DNA of 64,000 nt from Eledone cirrhosa (lineage: Eukaryota): positions 134,602,001 to 134,666,000 of the forward strand of contig OZ024743.1 in the NCBI GenBank assembly GCA_964016885.1. Reading direction: 5' to 3'. Numbering within the stretch: the stretch's first letter is position 1; every line of letters starts with the position of its first letter. The position numbers and the translations under genes are program-made. Below are positions 57,620 to 64,000 of this stretch, piece after piece. Below the pieces are notes generated by a model. The model was not told the DNA's origin, made no database searches, and was given only the letters and a program-made list of their open reading frames with translations.

Positions 57620-60600
57620 TGGTGCTTGGTGTTTGGTGCTTGGTGCTTGGTGCTTGGTGTTTGGTGCTTGGTGCTTGGTGCTTGGTGTTTGGTGTTTAGT
57701 GCTTGGTGCTTGGTGTTTGGTGTTTGGTGCTTGGTGCTTGGTGCTTGGTGTTTGGTGTTTGGTGCTTGGTGATTCGTGATTGGTGTTTGATGTTTGGTGT
57801 TTGGTGTTTTGTGATTCGTGATTGGTGTTTGATGTTTGGTGTTTGGTGTTGGGTGTTTGGTGCTTGGGGCTTCGTGTTTGCTCTTTGGTGCTTGGTGATT
57901 GGTGTTTGGTGTTGGGTGCTTGGTGCTTGGTGTTTGGTGCTTGGTGCTTGGTGCTTGGTGCTTGGTGCTTTGTGTTTATTGCTTGGTGCTTGGTGCTTGG
58001 CGATTGGTGCTTCGTGCTTGGTGTTTGATGTGTGGTGCTTGGTGTTTGGTGTTTGGTATTTGATGCTTGGTGCTTCGTGCTTGGTGTTTGGTGTTTGGTG
58101 CTTGGTGCTTGGTGTTTGGTGCTTGGGATTTGGTGCTTGGTGCTTGGTGTTTGGGGTTTGGTGTTTGGTACTTGGTGCTTGGTGTTTGGTGTTTGGTGCT
58201 TGGTGCTTGGTGTTTGGTGTTTAGTGATTGGTGCTTGGTTCTTGGTGTTAGGTGCTTGGTGCTTGGTGATTGGTGTTTGGTGCTTGGTGCTTGGTATTTG
58301 GTGCTTGGTCTTTGGTGCTTGGTGCTTGGTGCTTGGTGTTTGGTGCTTGGTGCTTGGCGTTTGGTGCATGGTGCTTGGTGCTTGCTGTTTGGTGCTTGGT
58401 GCTTGATGCTTGGTGTTTGGTGTTTAGTGCTTGGTGCTTGGTGATTGGTGCTTGTTGCTTGGTGCTTGGTGTTTGGTGCTTGGTGCTTGGTGTTTGGTGT
58501 TTGGTGTTTGCTGTTTGCTGTCTGGTGTTTGCTGTTTGGTGTTTGCTGTTTGGTGTTTGCTGTTTGGTGTTTGCTATTTGGTGTTTGGTGTTTGGTGTTT
58601 GCTGTTTGGTGTTTGCTGCTTGGTGTTTGCTGTTTGCTGTTTGTTTGGTGTTTGCTGTTTGGTGTTTGGTGTTTGGTGTTTGCTGTTTGGTGTTTGGTGT
58701 TTGGTGTTTGCTGTTTGGTGTTTGGTGTTTACTGTTTGGTGTTTGGTGTTTGGTGTTTGGAGATTGGTGTTTGCTATTTGGTGTTTGGTGTTTGGTGATT
58801 GGTGTTTGCTGTTTGGTGTTTGGTGCTTGGTGTTTGGTGTTTGGTGATTGGTGCTTGGTGTTTCGTGCTTGGTGCTTGGTGCTTGGTGTTTGGCGCTTGG
58901 TGCTTGGTGTTTGGTGTTTGGTTCTTGGCGTTTGGTGCTTGGTGCTTGGTGTTTTGTGCTTGGTGCTTCGTGCTTGGTGTTTGGTGTTTGGTGCTTGGTG
59001 TTTGGTGTTTGCTGTTTGGTGTTTGCTGTTTGGTGTTCGCTGTTTGGTGTTTGGTGTTTGCTGTTTGGTGTTTGGTGTTTGCGGTTTGGTGTTTGCTATT
59101 TGGTGTTTGTGTTTGGCGTTTGATGTTTGGCGTTTGTTGTTTGTTGTTTGCTATTTGGTGTTTGATGTTTGGTGTTTGGTGTTTGGTGTTTGCTGTTTGA
59201 TGTTTGGTGATTGGTGTTTGATGTTTGGTGTTTGGTGCTTGGTGCTTGGTACTTGGTGCTTAGTGTTTTATGTTTAGCGCTTGGTGCTTGGTGTTTTGTG
59301 CTTGGTGCTTGGTGCTTGGTGTTTGGAGTTTGGTGCTTGGTGTTTGGTGTTTGGTGTTTGGTGTTTGCTGTTTGCTGTTTGGTGTTTGCTGTTTGGAGTT
59401 CGCTGTTTGGTGTTTGGTGTTTGCTGTTTGGTGTTTGGTGTTTGCGGTTTGGTGTTTGCTATATGGCGTTTGGTGTTTGGCGTTTGATGTTTGGCGTTTG
59501 TTGTTTGTTGTTTGCTGTTTGGTGTTTGATGTTTGGTGTTTGGTGTTTGTTGTTTGCTGTTTGATGTTTGGTGATTGCTGTTTGATGTTTGGTGTTTGGT
59601 GCTTGGTGCTTGGTGTTTTGTGCTTGGTGTTTGGTGCTTGGGGTTTGCTATTTGGTGTTTTGTGTTTTTGGTGCTTGGAGCTTGGTGTTTGGTGTTTGGT
59701 GCTTGGTGCTTGGTGTTTGGTGCTTGGTGCTTGGTGCTTGGTGTTTGGTGTTTGCTGTTTGCTGTTTGCTGTTTGCTGTTTGTTGTTTGCTGTTTGGTGT
59801 TTTGTGTTTGCTGTTTGGTGTTTGGAGTTTGCCCTTTGGTGTTTGCTATTTGGTGTTTGGTGTTTGCTGTTTGGTGTTTGGTGTTTGGTGTTTGGTGCTT
59901 GGTGCTTTGTTTTTGCTCTTTGGTGCTTTGTGCTTGGTCTTTGGTGTTTGGTGCTTGGTGCTTGGTGTTTGGTGCTTTGTGCCTGGTGTTTGGTGTTTGG
60001 TGTTTGGTCCTTGGTGCTTGGTGCTTGGTCTCTGGTGCTTGGTGCTTGGTGTTTGGTGTTTGGTGCTTGGTGCTTGGTGTTTGGTGTTTGGTGTTTGGTG
60101 CTTGGTGCTTGGTACTTGGTGTTTTGTGTTTGGTGCTTGGTGCTTGGTGTTTGGTGCTTGGTGTTTGGTGCTTGGTGTTTGGTGTTTAGTGCTTGGTGCT
60201 TGGTATTTGGTGTTTGGTGCTTGGTTCTTGGTGTTTGGTGTTTGGTGCTTGGTGCTTGGTGTTTGGTGTCTGGTGTTTGGTGCTCGGTGCTTGGTGCTTG
60301 GTGTTTCGTGCTTGGTGCTTGGTGTTTGGTTTTTGGTGCTTGGTGCTTGGTGTTTGGTGCTTGGTGCTTGGTGTTTGGTGTTTGGCGTATGGTGTTTGGT
60401 GCTTGGTGCTTGGTGTTTGGTGTTTGCTGTTTGGTGTTTGCTGTTTGGTGTTTGCTGTTTGGTGTTTGCTGTTTGGTGCTTGGTGCTTGGTGTTTCGTGC
60501 ATGGTGCTTGGTGCTTGGTGCTTGGTGTTTGGTGCTTGGTGCTTGGTGTTTGGTGCTTGGGGCTTGGTGCTTGGTGTTTGGTGCTTGGTGTTTGGTGTTT

Positions 60601-63600
60601 GTTGCTTGGTGCTTGGTGCTTGGTGTTTTGTGCTTGGAGCCTGGTGTTTGGTGTTTGGTGCTTGGTGCTTGGTGTTTGGTGTTTGGTGCTTGGTGCTTGG
60701 TGTTTGGTGTTTGGTACTTGGTGCTTGGTGTTTGGTGTTTGGTACTTGGTGCTTGGTGTTTGGTGCTTGGTGCTTGGTGCTTGGTGTTTGGTGCTTGGTG
60801 CTTGGTGCTTGGTGTTTGGTGTTTAGTGCTTGGTGCTTGGTGTTTGGTGTTTGGTGCTTGGTGCTTGGTGCTTGGTGTTTGGTGTTTGGTGCTTGGTGAT
60901 TCGTGATTGGTGTTTGATGTTTGGTGTTTGGTGTTTTGTGATTCGTGATTGGTGTTTGATGTTTGGTGTTTGGTGTTGGGTGTTTGGTGCTTGGGGCTTC
61001 GTGTTTGCTCTTTGGTGCTTGGTGATTGGTGTTTGGTGTTGGGTGCTTGGTGCTTGGTGTTTGGTGCTTGGTGCTTGGTGCTTGGTGCTTGGTGCTTGGT
61101 GCTTTGTGTTTATTGCTTGGTGCTTGGTGCTTGGCGATTGGTGCTTCGTGCTTGGTGTTTGATGTGTGGTGCTTGGTGTTTGGTGTTTGGTATTTGATGC
61201 TTGGTGCTTCGTGCTTGGTGTTTGGTGTTTGGTGCTTGGTGCTTGGTGTTTGGTGCTTGGGATTTGGTGCTTGGTGCTTGGTGTTTGGGGTTTGGTGTTT
61301 GGTACTTGGTGCTTGGTGTTTGGTGTTTGGTGCTTGGTGCTTGGTGTTTGGTGTTTAGTGATTGGTGCTTGGTTCTTGGTGTTTGGTGCTTGGTGCTTGG
61401 TGATTGGTGTTTGGTGCTTGGTGCGTGGTATTTGGTGCTTGGTCTTTGGTGCTTGGTGTTTGGTGCTTGGTGCTTGGTGCTTGGTGTTTGGTGCTTGGTG
61501 CTTGGCGTTTGGTGCATGGTGCTTGGTGCTTGCTGTTTGGTGCTTGGTGCTTGATGCTTGGTGTTTGGTGTTTAGTGCTTGGTGCTTGGTGATTGGTGCT
61601 TGTTGCTTGGTGCTTGGTGTTTGGTGCTTGGTGCTTGGTGTTTGGTGTTTGGTGTTTGCTGTTTGCTGTCTGGTGTTTGCTGTTTGGTGTTTGCTGTTTG
61701 GTGTTTGCTGTTTGGTGTTTGCTATTTGGTGTTTGGTGTTTGGTGTTTGCTGTTTGGTGTTTGCTGCTTGGTGTTTGCTGTTTGCTGTTTGTTTGGTGTT
61801 TGCTGTTTGGTGTTTGGTGTTTGGTGTTTGCTGTTTGGTGTTTGGTGTTTGGTGTTTGCTGTTTGGTGTTTGGTGTTTACTGTTTGGTGTTTGGTGTTTG
61901 GTGTTTGGAGATTGGTGTTTGCTATTTGGTGTTTGGTGTTTGGTGATTGGTGTTTGCTGTTTGGTGTTTGGTGCTTGGTGTTTGGTGTTTGGTGATTGGT
62001 GCTTGGTGTTTCGTGCTTGGTGCTTGGTGCTTGGTGTTTGGCGCTTGGTGCTTGGTGTTTGGTGTTTGGTGCTTGGTGTTTGGTGCTTGGTGCTTGGTGT
62101 TTTGTGCTTGGTGCTTCGTGCTTGGTGTTTGGTGTTTGGTGCTTGGTGTTTGGTGTTTGCTGTTTGGTGTTTGCTGTTTGGTGTTCGCTGTTTGGTGTTT
62201 GGTGTTTGCTGTTTGGTGTTTGGTGTTTGCGGTTTGGTGTTTGCTATTTGGTGTTTGTGTTTGGCGTTTGATGTTTGGCGTTTGTTGTTTGTTGTTTGCT
62301 ACTTGGTGTTTGATGTTTGGTGTTTGGTGTTTGGTGTTTGCTGTTTGATGTTTGGTGATTGGTGTTTGATGTTTGGTGTTTGGTGCTTGGTGCTTGGTGC
62401 TTGGTGCTTAGTGTTTTATGTTTAGCGCTTGGTGCTTGGTGTTTTGTGCTTGGTGCTTGGTGCTTGGTGTTTGGAGTTTGGTGCTTGGTGTTTGGTGTTT
62501 GGTGTTTGCTGTTTGCTGTTTGCTGTTTGGTGTTTGCTGTTTGGAGTTCGCTGTTTGGTGTTTGGTGTTTGCTGTTTGGTGTTTGGTGTTTGCGGTTTGG
62601 TGTTTGCTATTTGGCGTTTGGTGTTTGGCGTTTGATGTTTGGCGTTTGTTGTTTGTTGTTTGCTGTTTGGTGTTTGATGTTTGGTGTTTGGTGTTTGTTG
62701 TTTGCTGTTTGATGTTTGGTGATTGCTGTTTGATGTTTGGTGTTTGGTGCTTGGTGCTTGGTGTTTTGTGCTTGGTGTTTGGTGCTTGGGGTTTGCTATT
62801 CGGTGTTTTGTGTTTTTGGTGCTTGGAGCTTGGTGTTTGGTGTTTGGTGCTTGGTGCTTGGTGTTTGGTGCTTGGTGCTTGGTGTTGGTGTTTGGTGCTT
62901 GGTGCTTGGTGCTTGGTGTTTGGTGTTTGCTGTTTGCTGTTTGCTGTTTGCTGTTTGTTGTTTGCTGTTTGGTGTTTTGTGTTTGCTGTTTGGTGTTTGG
63001 AGTTTGCCCTTTGGTGTTTGCTATTTGGTGTTTGGTGTTTGCTGTTTGGTGTTTGGTGTTTGGTGTTTGGTGCTTGGTGCTTTGTTTTTGCTCTTTGGTG
63101 CTTTGTGCTTGGTCTTTGGTGTTTGGTGCTTGGTGCTTGGTGTTTGGTGCTTTGTGCCTGGTGTTTGGTGTTTGGTGTTTGGTCCTTGGTGCTTGGTGCT
63201 TGGTCTCTGGTGCTTGGTGCTTGGTGTTTGGTGTTTGGTGCTTGGTGCTTGGTGTTTGGTGTTTGGTGTTTGGTGCTTGGTGCTTGGTACTTGGTGTTTT
63301 GTGTTTGGTGCTTGGTGCTTGGTGTTTGGTGCTTGGTGTTTGGTGCTTGGTGTTTGGTGTTTAGTGCTTGGTGCTTGGTATTTGGTGTTTGGTGCTTGGT
63401 TCTTGGTGTTTGGTGTTTGGTGCTTGGTGCTTGGTGTTTGGTGTTTGGTGTTTGGTGCTCGGTGCTTGGTGCTTGGTGTTTCGTGCTTGGTGCTTGGTGT
63501 TTGGTCTTTGGTGCTTGGTGCTTGGTGTTTGGTGCTTGGTGCTTGGTGTTTGGTGTTTGGCGTATGGTGTTTGGTGCTTGGTGCTTGGTGTTTGGTGTTT

Positions 63601-63930
63601 GCTGTTTGTTGTTTGCTGTTTGGTGTTTGCTGTTTGGTGTTTGCTGTTTGGTGCTTGGTGCTTGGTGTTTCGTGCATGGTGCTTGGTGCTTGGTGCTTGG
63701 TGTTTGGTGCTTGGTGCTTGGTGTTTGGTGCTTGGGGCTTGGTGCTTGGTGTTTGGTGCTTGGTGTTTGGTGTTTGTTGCTTGGTGCTTGGTGCTTGGTG
63801 TTTTGTGCTTGGAGCCTGGTGTTTGGTGTTTGGTGCTTGGTGCTTGGTGTTTGGTGTTTGGTGCTTGGTGCTTGGTGTTTGGTGTTTGGTACTTGGTGCT
63901 TGGTGTTTGGTGTTTGGTACTTGGTGCTTG
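57620..63930 (+). repeat. Domain B: more diverged heptamer lineage, two tandem HOR copies (~57620-60747, ~60748-63930), local offsets 3,127-3,175 bp
   Basis: Variants that are rare or absent in domain A are frequent here (CGTGATT, GATGTTT, GTTGTTT, GCTATTT, GCGGTTT, ATTGCTT, GCCCTTT). CGTGATT occurs at 57775/60902 and the 4-bp unit GTTT at 58643/61791. Pseudo-ORF pairs are 57703/60830, 58431/61579 and 59846/63021. The 84-bp cassette is absent. Confidence 0.9.
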
Positions 63931-64000
63931 GTGTTTGGTGCTTGGTGCTTGGTGCTTGGTGTTTGGTGCTTGGTGCTGGGTGTTTGGTGTTTGGTGATTG

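Larger units (their letters stand above)
1..64000 (+). repeat. Heptameric tandem satellite array (GGTGYTT)n / (AARCACC)n spanning the whole window, about 9,140 units, probably continuing beyond both ends
   Basis: Every line parses into 7-bp units, mostly GGTGCTT and GGTGTTT, with variants such as GGCGTTT, GCTGTTT, GGTGATT, GGGGCTT, AGTGCTT and GGTACTT. The orientation is the same throughout (G/T-rich + strand, A very rare). No non-repeat insert was seen. Confidence 0.99.

Noticed and set aside
3-63997. Plus-strand ORFs encoding (WCLVLGA/WCLVFGV)n 'membrane proteins'
   Set aside because: They overlap in all three frames with the same heptad, mostly use TTG/GTG starts that occur in every unit, have no unique domain, and end at sporadic variant units. 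They are artefacts of a 7-bp repeat.
1-64000. Canonical telomerase-synthesised telomere tract
   Set aside because: The unit is not a telomere motif I recognise, variants are inherited in multi-kb blocks, and the divergence polarity is opposite to expectation.
1-64000. Pure basecalling or synthetic low-complexity artefact
   Set aside because: Rare variants recur at exact kb-scale offsets, nest phylogenetically, and indels in T/G runs are very rare, which is unlike random error. Copy number and order could still be misassembled.
1-64000. Inverted repeats, hairpins, terminators, tRNA/rRNA, or transposon ends
   Set aside because: The + strand almost lacks A, no orientation switch to AARCACC was seen, and there is no non-repeat sequence that could carry such elements.

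Overview
The whole 64-kb window is one uninterrupted, single-orientation satellite of about 9,140 heptamers, consensus GGTG(C/T)TT on + (AA(G/A)CACC on -). I found no unique sequence, gene, RNA gene, transposon or CRISPR array. Every ORF in the track is a by-product of the repeat: 7 is coprime with 3, so all + frames read (WCLVL/FGA/V)n and all - frames read (PS/NTKHQT/A)n. The array is layered. Above the 7-bp unit are a 28-bp C,C,T,T sub-period, a recurrent 84-bp CpG-rich variant cassette, few-hundred-bp modules and kb-scale higher-order repeats (HORs). Domain A (1 to ~57.6 kb) holds a 5,676/5,403-bp HOR, a 2.3-2.9-kb sub-lineage with stepwise private mutations, and in-register duplications of 231, 805, 1,400, 1,512 and 1,820 bp. 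Domain B (~57.6-64 kb) is a more diverged sister lineage with a ~3.13-3.18-kb HOR. The 7-bp register is broken at only 22 sites I could find (about 10 independent events), and these account for the end-to-end phase modulo 7. The most likely source is a eukaryotic heterochromatic or centromeric satellite, but the organism and function cannot be determined from this window. Coordinates and periods come from manual reading plus offsets between identical ORFs in the supplied track.
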